NCBI GenBank assembly: GCA_049694315.1
Contig: JBAVQU010000008.1
Location: 17,665 to 81,664, forward strand
Length of the DNA: 64,000 nt
Reading direction: 5' to 3'
Origin: Candidatus Zixiibacteriota bacterium
GTDB taxonomy: Bacteria > Zixibacteria > MSB-5A5 > SM1-73
Both the position numbers and the translations under genes were made by a program. The notes under the pieces were generated by a model. That model worked only from the letters and a program-made list of their open reading frames with translations, searched no databases and had not been told where the DNA came from. Positions within the stretch are counted from its first letter, which is position 1; each line of letters opens with the position of its first letter. Below are positions 1 through 8,475 of the stretch, in pieces.

Positions 1-1
1 C

Positions 2-943
2 GATAAGGGCGCCTGGGTGCTGCACATGTTGAGACACATGGTGGGGGATTCCACCTTCTTTCACATTTTCCGAAGCTACTATTCCGATCCGCGCTACGCC
101 AACGGAGTGGCGGAAACAGAGGATTTTCAAGGCATTTGTGAGGCGGTCTCGAGCAAAGACTTGGACTATTTCTTCCAGGAGTGGATTTACGGGACCTACT
201 ATCCACGGTATCAGTACTCCTATACTTTCCAGGCGGCCGGTGGAGGCTATTACGACGTCTTCATTCACTTGGACCAGACTCAAAGCACCAATCCCAACTT
301 CTTCACCATGCCGATCGACCTGCGGGTCGCCACAAGTTCCGGCAATACCACGGTGGTGGCATTCAACGATCCGCGGCACAAGGATTTTGTCGTGCGGGTG
401 CCTTCGGCCCCCACCAGTGTGAGCATAGATCCGGATGGCTGGATCCTAAAGTCTTCGTCTTCCGTCTCCTATGGAATGAACATAGTCACCACAGATTTGC
501 GGTCAGCCGCCCTGTCCTCCGCTTACGCCGAGACTCTTCTGGCCATGGGGGGAGTGCCTCCATACAAATGGAAAGTTCAAATCGACAGCTTGCCCAACGG
601 TCTGGTGCTGGACTCTCTGACCGGGATCATCTCCGGTGTCCCCACCGTTTTGGACAGCTTCGATTTCACCGTGAAGGTGACCGATTCCAGCTCCCCGGCC
701 AAAACTGACAATCAACAGCTTTACATCCTGGTGAACCAAACTTCATTCATCCACGGGGATGCCAATCACGATTCCCTGGTGGATGCGGGGGACGTCGTAT
801 ACCTGGTCGATTACCTCTTTCTGTCCGGCCCTGCACCCATTCCCCGGCAGGCCGGCGATGTGAATTGCGATGGGATTGTGAATACGTCCGACGTTATCTA
901 TCTGATTAACTACCTCTTCAAAGGAGGGCCGCCTCCGTGTTAG
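2..943 (+). CDS. M1-family aminopeptidase, C-terminal fragment (5' end outside the window) with a dockerin-like C-terminal module
   Basis: The frame is open from nt 2. DKGAWVLHMLRHMVGDSTFF...DLDYFFQEWIYG matches the region after the catalytic domain of M1 peptidases. The tail carries two GD(A/V)N-D-x(2)-(V/I)-x(2)-DV-x-YL-x-(N/D)YLF repeats. Confidence 0.75.
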   Translation, partial: DKGAWVLHMLRHMVGDSTFFHIFRSYYSDPRYANGVAETEDFQGICEAVSSKDLDYFFQEWIYGTYYPRYQYSYTFQAAGGGYYDVFIHLDQTQSTNPNFFTMPIDLRVATSSGNTTVVAFNDPRHKDFVVRVPSAPTSVSIDPDGWILKSSSSVSYGMNIVTTDLRSAALSSAYAETLLAMGGVPPYKWKVQIDSLPNGLVLDSLTGIISGVPTVLDSFDFTVKVTDSSSPAKTDNQQLYILVNQTSFIHGDANHDSLVDAGDVVYLVDYLFLSGPAPIPRQAGDVNCDGIVNTSDVIYLINYLFKGGPPPC

Positions 944-1080
944 AGAGGGACCTGTTCGCAAGCAGCGGAAGGGGCTAAGAAGGACGGACCGCGAACCGTC
1001 CATGGACTTTTTGGGGGTGGTGGATGGGACCAGAAATCACAAACTGCGAACCCTGAATTGAAAATAAGGGGGAGCATCCA

Positions 1081-1121
1081 GCCCCGATCCCGCGACTTGC
1101 GGGATCGGGGCCTCTTTTTTT
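1081..1121 (+). terminator. Rho-independent terminator after the peptidase gene
   Basis: Perfect GC-rich stem gccccgatcccgc/gcgggatcggggc with a 4-nt loop, followed by ctcttttttt. Confidence 0.8.
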
Positions 1122-1188
1122 CCCGCTCCTCTCATGTCATGAAGACCGGACAAGCGGTGGGGAAAGACCGATTATCCGAGTGCCGGTC

Positions 1189-3447
1189 CTAAAAGCTAAA
1201 CCAGTAGTCTGTTTTCACAAAAAACAGATCCTCTTTCCTTTTGGACAGCTCCACTTCTCCCGGATTCATAACCAAGTTCTCATTGTGGTTGTAAGCCAGA
1301 TATATGTAGCTTCCGGGCAAGTAGTTGTATTCCAACAAGAGGTTCAGATCGGTGGTCTGGTCCTTCCGATCATCCTGGTAAAATGCTTTGAAGGAAAGCT
1401 GGGGGATAATCAGAAGATGGGAGCGGGCCGAGACTATCCATTCACTGGATGAAGTGTCCGTAGCGCTCGACGACAAAAAGTCGAAATGAACGTTTTCTAA
1501 GGTGACGATCAGCTGCAGCCGGTCTATGGGTTTGATCTGTGAGGAAAAGGCCAGATGCCGATACGAGTTGTCCCAGGACTTCGGTCTCAGCTTGAAGTAC
1601 TTGTCACCGACTGCTACAAACTTGGTGGTTGACATTCCCGGAACATCAAAAAGATAGTACTGGGTTCCGATTCCGTAAGTGATGCTTCCCACCACACTTT
1701 TCCAGGTGTGCGTGCCCAGGTAAAGCTCCCAATAATCATAGGTGACAGAGAAATCGTAAGGCAACTGGTAAGGACGTCTGTACTTGGGGAATTTGAAGAG
1801 GTATTCATAACGCGTCAAGTAAACGTCGGTCATGTTGGTTAAGGTGCTTCCGAAGCCCAAATAAAAGTGCTGCTGTGTCTTCTTGTGGTCGTGGTTTTCG
1901 TAGTAGTCGTATGAACCATAGGGGTTCAAGTTGTAGAAACCGTGTTTTCTTACCCACCAGCTGTAACTCAGATAAGCAGAGCCTCCTTTAATGTCTGTGT
2001 AAGGGATATAGCTGGTGGAGGTCGTGCAGTTCTCGGCGATGTCCTGAAACTTGAGGTCGAACTGAAGAGGAGCGCTACCCAGCCTTTGGCAGGCCAGGTA
2101 ATAAGCCCATCGGTCTTTTTTGTCGTCGCCATGAGGATGATGGATGACAGATACAAGGGGATAAAGACCAAAATCCTTGCCCAAGGATAGATAAGAATCG
2201 AAAGCCAAGGCTCCGTCTATCCAGCGGGAGTCATTGAGACCGTCTCCCTTCAATTCGTGGGTGGAGGTGGCCAACAAGCCGATGGTGGAGGATTTGAGTA
2301 TGTCCTTCTGCAGCCGGAAAGCACTATAATCCTCCCGCGGAATCCCGTCGGCTCTGTCTGTGGCCACGTTCAATGCCCCCAGGGAGAGACCTGCGACTCT
2401 CCCCACCAGCTTGGCCCCACCCAGGATGTCGACCGGGTTTTGCCTTTCCCGCCGACTACCTATGGAGCGGGTATAGAGAAGCGTGATAGGGGTCTTGAAT
2501 AGCTCCAAACCTTCCAAGAAGAAGGGTCTTTTCTCCGGAATCAGTCTCTCTTGGGGAAGGAGATTGAAGGTATCCACATCCGCTTCAATCAAGGCAAATT
2601 CCGGATTCAGGGTCAGATTCAGGGTCAGAGCATTGGTCAAATCGCTCTTCACGTCCAACCCCGCTTGAAACTTGTCCTCTTTTTCCGCATACTTATCGTG
2701 ATTGAAGGCTAAGTACGGGAAAAGATTGACGTGGGTGCGGGCTTGAATCTGCTCCAGACCCACCAAGTTTCCATACTTGGATACGCCGGCAGGATTCATC
2801 CCGGTCTCAGACCAGTAACCGATCTGCCTTCCCTGCAAATCCACCAGGAAGTTTATCCCCCACCGGGGAGCCTTGGGATCGTACCGGAGGATCCGAAAAG
2901 GAATGGCAAATTCACAGGACCAGGCATGTAAGGAATAGCTGGTGGCCGACTGCCAGATCCCATCCCATTTTAAGTCCATCTTGGAGCCTTCCGCCTCTGC
3001 ATGGCCATCATACTGCGAGTTTAAGGCATTTACTCCGAAGAAGTAACAGCTTCTTCTGTCGTTCATGCAGTCCAAATAGATGAAGGCACAATCGTCATAG
3101 TTGACCTCGGCATCGTCCCTTTTTAAGGTCCGGGCGGTCACCTTCAATGACTCGGGGAGAATGGTTTCGAATGCGACATAGAGATTCTGATTGTCGTAGG
3201 CAATCCTTACCTTCGAGTGAAATGCAGGTTTTTCTCCTTGCACCGGATACATGGTGACAAAATCCGTGATCGGCTCCTGTTTTAGCCAGCAGACATCATC
3301 CAGTTTCCCGTCGATTTTGGGTGGCTCGGTCACATAGATTGCTTTCATCTTTTTCTCTTCCGTCTGTTCAGCTCCCAGGGATATGGAATTAATTGAAATA
3401 AGGGACCAGAGCATTAAAAGCAAAAAAACCTTAATCCTTTTGTTCAA
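1189..3447 (-). CDS. Secreted CBM9-like / DUF5916-family protein, probably outer-membrane associated
   Basis: 752 aa ORF with an N-terminal signal peptide (MNKRIKVFLLLMLWSLISINSISLGA). The N-terminal IDGKLDDVCW...YDNQNLYVAF motif is typical of CBM9/DOMON-like modules. The long C-terminal region is beta-rich and ends in an aromatic residue. Confidence 0.6.
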   Translation of the reverse strand: MNKRIKVFLLLMLWSLISINSISLGAEQTEEKKMKAIYVTEPPKIDGKLDDVCWLKQEPITDFVTMYPVQGEKPAFHSKVRIAYDNQNLYVAFETILPESLKVTARTLKRDDAEVNYDDCAFIYLDCMNDRRSCYFFGVNALNSQYDGHAEAEGSKMDLKWDGIWQSATSYSLHAWSCEFAIPFRILRYDPKAPRWGINFLVDLQGRQIGYWSETGMNPAGVSKYGNLVGLEQIQARTHVNLFPYLAFNHDKYAEKEDKFQAGLDVKSDLTNALTLNLTLNPEFALIEADVDTFNLLPQERLIPEKRPFFLEGLELFKTPITLLYTRSIGSRRERQNPVDILGGAKLVGRVAGLSLGALNVATDRADGIPREDYSAFRLQKDILKSSTIGLLATSTHELKGDGLNDSRWIDGALAFDSYLSLGKDFGLYPLVSVIHHPHGDDKKDRWAYYLACQRLGSAPLQFDLKFQDIAENCTTSTSYIPYTDIKGGSAYLSYSWWVRKHGFYNLNPYGSYDYYENHDHKKTQQHFYLGFGSTLTNMTDVYLTRYEYLFKFPKYRRPYQLPYDFSVTYDYWELYLGTHTWKSVVGSITYGIGTQYYLFDVPGMSTTKFVAVGDKYFKLRPKSWDNSYRHLAFSSQIKPIDRLQLIVTLENVHFDFLSSSATDTSSSEWIVSARSHLLIIPQLSFKAFYQDDRKDQTTDLNLLLEYNYLPGSYIYLAYNHNENLVMNPGEVELSKRKEDLFFVKTDYWFSF

Positions 3448-3571
3448 AATTCCTCCTTTGTGCTTTTGCGACTACTTATCTGTGCAAGTTCCCAGCCACT
3501 TTAGTGGCGTGAACTCCAAAATTCTTATGAATGCATGCACACCTGACTAAAGTCAGTTAGAACTATATAAG

Positions 3572-3715
3572 TTTTTACACTCCATTTTATAGTTTTTTAA
3601 TCCCCCTTTGATTCCCCCTTTATGAAAGGGGGAGAAGTGTTTTTGTGGTTTTCTTGACCTCTCCCCCTGTCCCCCTCTCCTTACTAAGGAGAGGAGGAAC
3701 AAAAGGGGGTGAGGT
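3572..3715. repeat. Composite intergenic repeat: module X (tttttacactccatttt...aatccccctttg...aaaggggga) plus module Y (GC-rich imperfect palindrome)
   Basis: Both modules recur at 4835-4969 in swapped order. Module Y is the palindrome ccccctgtccccctctcc/ggagaggagg...gggggtgaggt. Confidence 0.7.
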
Positions 3716-3915
3716 AAAAAACGCTTTTGTGTGACCACGAAAGGTGACCATACGCCCGACACAACTATCACTCGACAAAACAAGAACAGAACCACGTGCA
3801 TGCGGTGACATATCGTTACCCCAGAGAGTCTCTTAGGCAAGAACTAACAGGAATATGCTACTAAATAAAATAAGTTCGTTGGTATTCGTTTTCATTGATG
3901 GCTCCTATCCGATAA

Positions 3916-4812
3916 TTACGGTAATGGTTTTTCAATTACGTACTCGATGCGTGCACCATAAAAACAAAGATACACCGGGGCGACCTCTATTGTTAAGAAG
4001 TAAAAAAATTTACTGTTGTCAATCATAGCACTAGAAAACGAAGAAACTGTGGCAGAGTCCCAAGAGACCACATGCCGTTCCAATGGAACGATTCCCAATG
4101 TGTCAACTTGTTGGGGGAGATAATAATAGGTTGCACGCGAGACCCTAAAAGTGCCAGGGTTCCCTGGGGGGTTATAATCAGAGTTATAGTAGAGTACAAC
4201 TTTAGTTATAATTGCACCCTGCGGAAGGTGAATGGGCGCAGAAACCCCAATTTTGGGACCTGAGGATCCACTAAAGCAGGAACGCCACTCTTGGTGTTCA
4301 CTAAACTCTGCCATCCCATAAGCAGCGCTCTGGAGCAGGTCAAATGAAAAAGAAGGGATCGAGTAATATCTTGTTGTCGGGTCTATGTGAATACTGTTTA
4401 CGTATATTGTATCACCCATTGCCCCGTCGATGCTGCCCACGTGATAAGCATATGCCACGCTCACCATCGGCTTTCTGGGTGTTATCTCCGGGTCGTCGCC
4501 TACTTTGACCCCTAAATATCTTATTGAGCCATCAAAAACTGAATAGGGAATTGAGTTCACACTTCCTAAAAGAACATTAAACACTCCTTTCTCCACTACC
4601 ACTGCAGACCGCGTCTCAGTCCACAGAGGAGTACTGCCGTTTGAGTCTGCATAAATGGTGAAGACCATCTGGATAGTCGTATCCAGAGGCGCACCGGTTG
4701 TCTTGGTTAGCTTCCCCTGGTAGTTAATCATTTGGGGAACTTCAGCCGAAGCTTGGTTGTATAAGAACCAAGAGAGGACAACGAATACCGAAATCAGGTA
4801 TAGCTTTTTCAT
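3916..4812 (-). CDS. Secreted hypothetical protein
   Basis: 298 aa ORF with a signal peptide ending in ASA. The ATG is preceded by aaaggagtaag. Confidence 0.6.
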   Translation of the reverse strand: MKKLYLISVFVVLSWFLYNQASAEVPQMINYQGKLTKTTGAPLDTTIQMVFTIYADSNGSTPLWTETRSAVVVEKGVFNVLLGSVNSIPYSVFDGSIRYLGVKVGDDPEITPRKPMVSVAYAYHVGSIDGAMGDTIYVNSIHIDPTTRYYSIPSFSFDLLQSAAYGMAEFSEHQEWRSCFSGSSGPKIGVSAPIHLPQGAIITKVVLYYNSDYNPPGNPGTFRVSRATYYYLPQQVDTLGIVPLERHVVSWDSATVSSFSSAMIDNSKFFYFLTIEVAPVYLCFYGARIEYVIEKPLP

Positions 4813-4834
4813 TTCTTACTCCTTTCTTTACCAC

Positions 4835-4969
4835 ACCCCCTGTTTCCCCCGCTCTACATGTATGGAGAGGAGGAACATAGGGGGAGAGGTGGTTTTCTAC
4901 GTTTCTTGGTGATACAAATTTTTACACTCCATTTTGTCAACTTTTTAATCCCCCTTTGTGAAAGGGGGA
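4835..4969. repeat. Second copy of composite repeat modules Y and X
   Basis: ccccctgtttcccccgctct...ggagaggaggaacatagggggagaggtgg, then tttttacactccattttgtcaactttttaatccccctttgtgaaaggggga. Compare 3572-3715. Confidence 0.7.
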
Positions 4970-5071
4970 TTATGATTTTAGTCTAGGATGGGAGTTACAC
5001 CTCTATTCCTTTCCCTGGCAGGGGTGCACGGACGTGCCCGTCTGGCAACCCCTGTCCGATCTGGATTGTCC

Positions 5072-7576
5072 TTACGGAGTTGACAAAACCAAGCTTAATT
5101 GAGCTTTCCTTTTCCGGGAGCGGTTGATCAGATAGGCGGCCGTACCGTAGTAAGCGACGTGAATGAATATGAAGGTGGAGGCGTCAGCAATGTTTCTCCA
5201 CCCGACGGTTGCCGCTCCCAGGGTGAAAGCTCGGATTAGGGTGCCGAAAGCACCGACGTAGAGAGTCAAGAGAACCGGCAGCAGGTTGAAGATGAAGAAC
5301 CAAAGCATCACGCTGACCCCAAGGGCAAAGAACGGAGCATAGAAACGTATCACCTTCAGCTCGTGGGGGGAGGCCGTTAATCGGGTGTCTTTGGTTCTTT
5401 CTATCAGGGAATTCATCTTGTTTCTAAACGGGGCAATTCCCATGCCGGATACCCTCTTCAAGGCCGGGAGAATCACCCGCAAGTATATGAAGGTCTTGGT
5501 ATCCTCCATCAAATTTCGGCAATTTAGGCTGTGGGCAATGGCATAGTAAAAATCCGTGCGCATGTAAAACATGCACTGGAAGACTATCATGTAGAAGCTG
5601 GAAAAGATGAAAAGCTTGGCTAACTTGTCAAACCACGGATGGGACAGGAAGCCGTAAAGTGACCCGAGAACTCCCCCATTGGCCCCGGATGCCAGTCTCG
5701 CCAGCCAAGAGTGGCTAGAGCCGAGGTACAATAGGATGACTAATATCGATAGGGTTACGATATCGTTGAAGGCTCCGACCAGATAGACTATGAGCTTCTT
5801 TCTTTTGGGCAAAACCCAGGCATTGGAGACGTCCGTCTCCATTACCAACAGATACAGTCTGGTGCTTAGTCTGAAGGCGCTTTTCACCCCGTATTTTCTG
5901 GCGGCAAAGAAGTGAAACAACTCGTGTTTGGACGCTAAAATCGCTCCGGCGATGACCACGGCAAAGCCTGTCAGGGTGAAAAAGTTAGAGACGATCATGT
6001 AACGATAATGAGGCCGCAAAGCCGGATTTGAAATCATCAAGATCAGGGCGAGGGCCACGATGACCGAAGATATCACTGCCACCGGCCAGGACAGAATCCA
6101 CGAGAAGAGCTTGGGGTTGATTCGGTTGAAGACCGATTCAATCTTCCGGGTGGCCAGCTTTTCTCTGTCCAAGAGCATTCCGTTGACGCTTTTGACGAAT
6201 CCAGAGGAGAGCATGGATCTGATGAAATCTTGGATGTCGTAAGACTGCCTGGTTTCCTCATAGACTTTGTCCGTTACTTTTTTGACGTTCTTCTCTTGCT
6301 CCAACTGTTCTAAGATCCTAACCCCCACCTCCGGGAATTCTCCGTAGGTTCCGGTGTCCTCTTGTCCCACGATCCATCTTCCCTCGACCTTTGTCTTCAA
6401 CAGAGGGTTGAATTCCACCTCTTCTATTTCCGTCCCTTCAAGCTGGTTTACAACATCCGGTCTCTCCTTTTTGTCTTTGAGAGAAAGGTAGAGGCATTCT
6501 ATCAGCTTTCCTTCCCGGGTTCTTTGATGAATTGCCCCACCCTGGCAGAAATCCCAGGCGTCGCAGGCTTGGCAGTGAGCATCGTCTCTCAACCATTCCT
6601 TGTCTGTGAATCTCCTGAATTCGTTTTCCCAAACATCTTTGAATCTTTGTTTCAGAAGATCGCCCTGGATGGAAAGCTCTCGCGAGATTTCCAGGCACCC
6701 GCCCAGTTTTCCGTCATGGGTGATGGTGGCAGACTGAATCCCGGCGGTGCACAAGAAGAGGAAATCTCTTATTCTTCCCTCAAACTCTTCCCCACACCAG
6801 CCTTCGCAGGCCAGACTCACCTTCAGTTTACTCTTCTCCTGTCTGAATCTGTTGTTCAATGAGGAAATCCAAGATAGGAGCTGAAAGGTCTGCTCCTCTG
6901 AGATCTGCAAGTCCGGTCTGGTCTTGGCTCTTCCGATGGGAATGAGATGGCAGATCTTCCAGTCCCTTACGTCCAGTTGTACAAGAAGATCGTGTATTTG
7001 GGGCAGATCGGCAAAATTCAAAGAGGTGACCACAGTAGTGATTTGCAGGTATAGATCGGGATAACGCGTCCTGAGATACTTGATAGCTTTGACTACCTGC
7101 CCGAAGCTCCGTTTTTTCCTTTGCTTATTGTGGGACCCTTTGTTCCCGTCTATGGAAAGGGCCAAAGCTTCGGTCTTGGCTTTTATCAATTCGTCGATGA
7201 ACCCCAGGTTTTTCCCCAGGAAATATCCATTGGTGGATAAGGCGACTCTGAACCCCAAGGAGGACAGGAATCTGATTATCTCCATTAAGTCGGGGCGCAG
7301 GGTAAGCTCGCCGCCGGTGAGGGCAACCGTTAGCTTCTCCGGCTCGAAGTCCTCGGCAATCTCCTTGAAGATTCTTTTGGCTTGATCGGTGGTCAGATCG
7401 GGTCCCTCGTTTTCCTTCCATTCCTCCGGATTGCCGCAGTGCAGGCAATCCATGTCACACTCCTTGGTGATCTCCCAGCCGATCAGACGGAGATTTCGTT
7501 CTTGGATGGCCTCTCTGACTTTCTGAGGATGCTCTTGCAAGTATTTCTGACGGTCAACCAACTCTCGTGGGGACAT
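5072..7576 (-). CDS. Radical SAM/SPASM maturase fused to a PqqD-like RRE and a polytopic HExxH (M50-like) membrane domain
   Basis: CDMDCLHC (Cx3Cx2C) at aa 40-47. Cys-rich SPASM region at about aa 256-361 (CEGWC...C...C...HCQACDAWDFCQGG). PqqD-like segment at about aa 385-465 (...RILEQLEQEKNVKKVTDKVYEETRQSYDIQDFIRSMLSSGFV). This is followed by at least 8 hydrophobic helices, with HELFH at aa 551-555 and GAFND about 45 aa later. Confidence 0.8.
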   Translation of the reverse strand: MSPRELVDRQKYLQEHPQKVREAIQERNLRLIGWEITKECDMDCLHCGNPEEWKENEGPDLTTDQAKRIFKEIAEDFEPEKLTVALTGGELTLRPDLMEIIRFLSSLGFRVALSTNGYFLGKNLGFIDELIKAKTEALALSIDGNKGSHNKQRKKRSFGQVVKAIKYLRTRYPDLYLQITTVVTSLNFADLPQIHDLLVQLDVRDWKICHLIPIGRAKTRPDLQISEEQTFQLLSWISSLNNRFRQEKSKLKVSLACEGWCGEEFEGRIRDFLFLCTAGIQSATITHDGKLGGCLEISRELSIQGDLLKQRFKDVWENEFRRFTDKEWLRDDAHCQACDAWDFCQGGAIHQRTREGKLIECLYLSLKDKKERPDVVNQLEGTEIEEVEFNPLLKTKVEGRWIVGQEDTGTYGEFPEVGVRILEQLEQEKNVKKVTDKVYEETRQSYDIQDFIRSMLSSGFVKSVNGMLLDREKLATRKIESVFNRINPKLFSWILSWPVAVISSVIVALALILMISNPALRPHYRYMIVSNFFTLTGFAVVIAGAILASKHELFHFFAARKYGVKSAFRLSTRLYLLVMETDVSNAWVLPKRKKLIVYLVGAFNDIVTLSILVILLYLGSSHSWLARLASGANGGVLGSLYGFLSHPWFDKLAKLFIFSSFYMIVFQCMFYMRTDFYYAIAHSLNCRNLMEDTKTFIYLRVILPALKRVSGMGIAPFRNKMNSLIERTKDTRLTASPHELKVIRFYAPFFALGVSVMLWFFIFNLLPVLLTLYVGAFGTLIRAFTLGAATVGWRNIADASTFIFIHVAYYGTAAYLINRSRKRKAQLSLVLSTP

Positions 7577-7790
7577 GTCGTCGTCGCCTTCTCATTATTG
7601 GTGACTTGCTCCTTCCGTCCGATGTCGCGTTCGTCAACACAAACTCGTTTCCGGGTTGTGTTAGATACCAAGCTCATTCATCCAAGACCCTCGCCAGAGC
7701 CATGCTCCACCGCAAATGGAGTGCGGACACTGCCTGATAAGGGCAATGTCCACACACCGCAAAACCTCCCCACCTTTTTGTCATCCGCTG

Positions 7791-7874
7791 CTATCCCGGA
7801 GGCATGACCATGGGCTGCATTGTGGGAGGTCCGGTGGTGTCGATCCTCTCCAGCCAGTTGATGGTGATTTTCAT
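7791..7874 (-). CDS. Putative RiPP precursor peptide 1 (27 aa: MKITINWLERIDTTGPPTMQPMVMPPG)
   Basis: Too short for the ORF track. ATG at 7874 is preceded by aaggagg. It is a paralogue of 8017-8106, and the differences between them are mostly synonymous in this frame. Confidence 0.65.
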   Translation of the reverse strand: MKITINWLERIDTTGPPTMQPMVMPPG

Positions 7875-8016
7875 CTCTCTCTGCCTCCTTGCTCAAGGGA
7901 TTTAAGCTAGTGCCCCCCTGAACGGGACAAAACTGTAAGGTTTAACGCGAGAGCTTTCAAAGCGTGGACATCACCCCAGAGGGGCGATGTCCACAGGCTG
8001 TAACCGCCACCTTCTG

Positions 8017-8106
8017 CTAGACGCCACCGCCGACAACTATCATCGGCTGCATCACCGGTGGGTCAGTGGTGTTGATTCTCTCCAGCCAGTTGATGGTGAT
8101 CTTCAT
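8017..8106 (-). CDS. Putative RiPP precursor peptide 2 (29 aa: MKITINWLERINTTDPPVMQPMIVVGGGV)
   Basis: Too short for the ORF track. ATG at 8106 is preceded by ggaaggaggtga. The first 22 codons are conserved with peptide 1, and the C-terminus diverges. Confidence 0.65.
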   Translation of the reverse strand: MKITINWLERINTTDPPVMQPMIVVGGGV

Positions 8107-8419
8107 CCGTAATCACCTCCTTCCTTCGAAAGGATTGAAGAGCTTGCCTCGAAGAGACAAGACCCGGAAAGTCTATTCTTTGAAACACGACAAAGAAGCC
8201 GTAAGCCTTCCACCGATACCACCTAACACGTTAAGATCAAAGACCTTATTAGCTGATCGAATTGGGGAGGATGCGCTCTTCTTGCCCATCGGAGTCTGGA
8301 CAAAATTGGTTATGTCTCTCTACAGGTGTTTATCATAATCTACCACTCGCTCCCCTGATGTCAAGTGAAAAATTCGGGGCGCCAAAGATTTTTTGGTGGT
8401 TACCGGAGGCACGTCCGGC

Positions 8420-8450
8420 AAAAAAAAGCCCCTGCAAACCTGCAGGGGCT
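8420..8450 (-). terminator. Rho-independent terminator of the PPIase gene
   Basis: Stem gcccctgca/tgcaggggc with an A-run on the plus strand, which is a U-run on the minus-strand transcript. Confidence 0.8.
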
Positions 8451-8475
8451 TCCGACATAGACGAATCATTTCCTT

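Noticed and set aside
3553-3840. Short minus-strand ORFs in intergenic regions (95 aa and 63 aa here; similar ones at 22826-23068 and 32794-33018)
   Set aside because: They are read through the GC-rich palindromic repeat elements (P/G/E/R-rich translations such as ...SPLSKERGTGGEV...). They are repeat artefacts, not genes.
7678-7896. 72-aa minus-strand ORF from the track (MSKEAERDENHHQLAGEDRHH...) overlapping precursor peptide 1
   Set aside because: It is in a different frame from the conserved peptide. The paralogous copy at 8017-8106 does not preserve this frame, whereas differences between the copies are synonymous in the 27/29-aa frame. It also lacks an SD.
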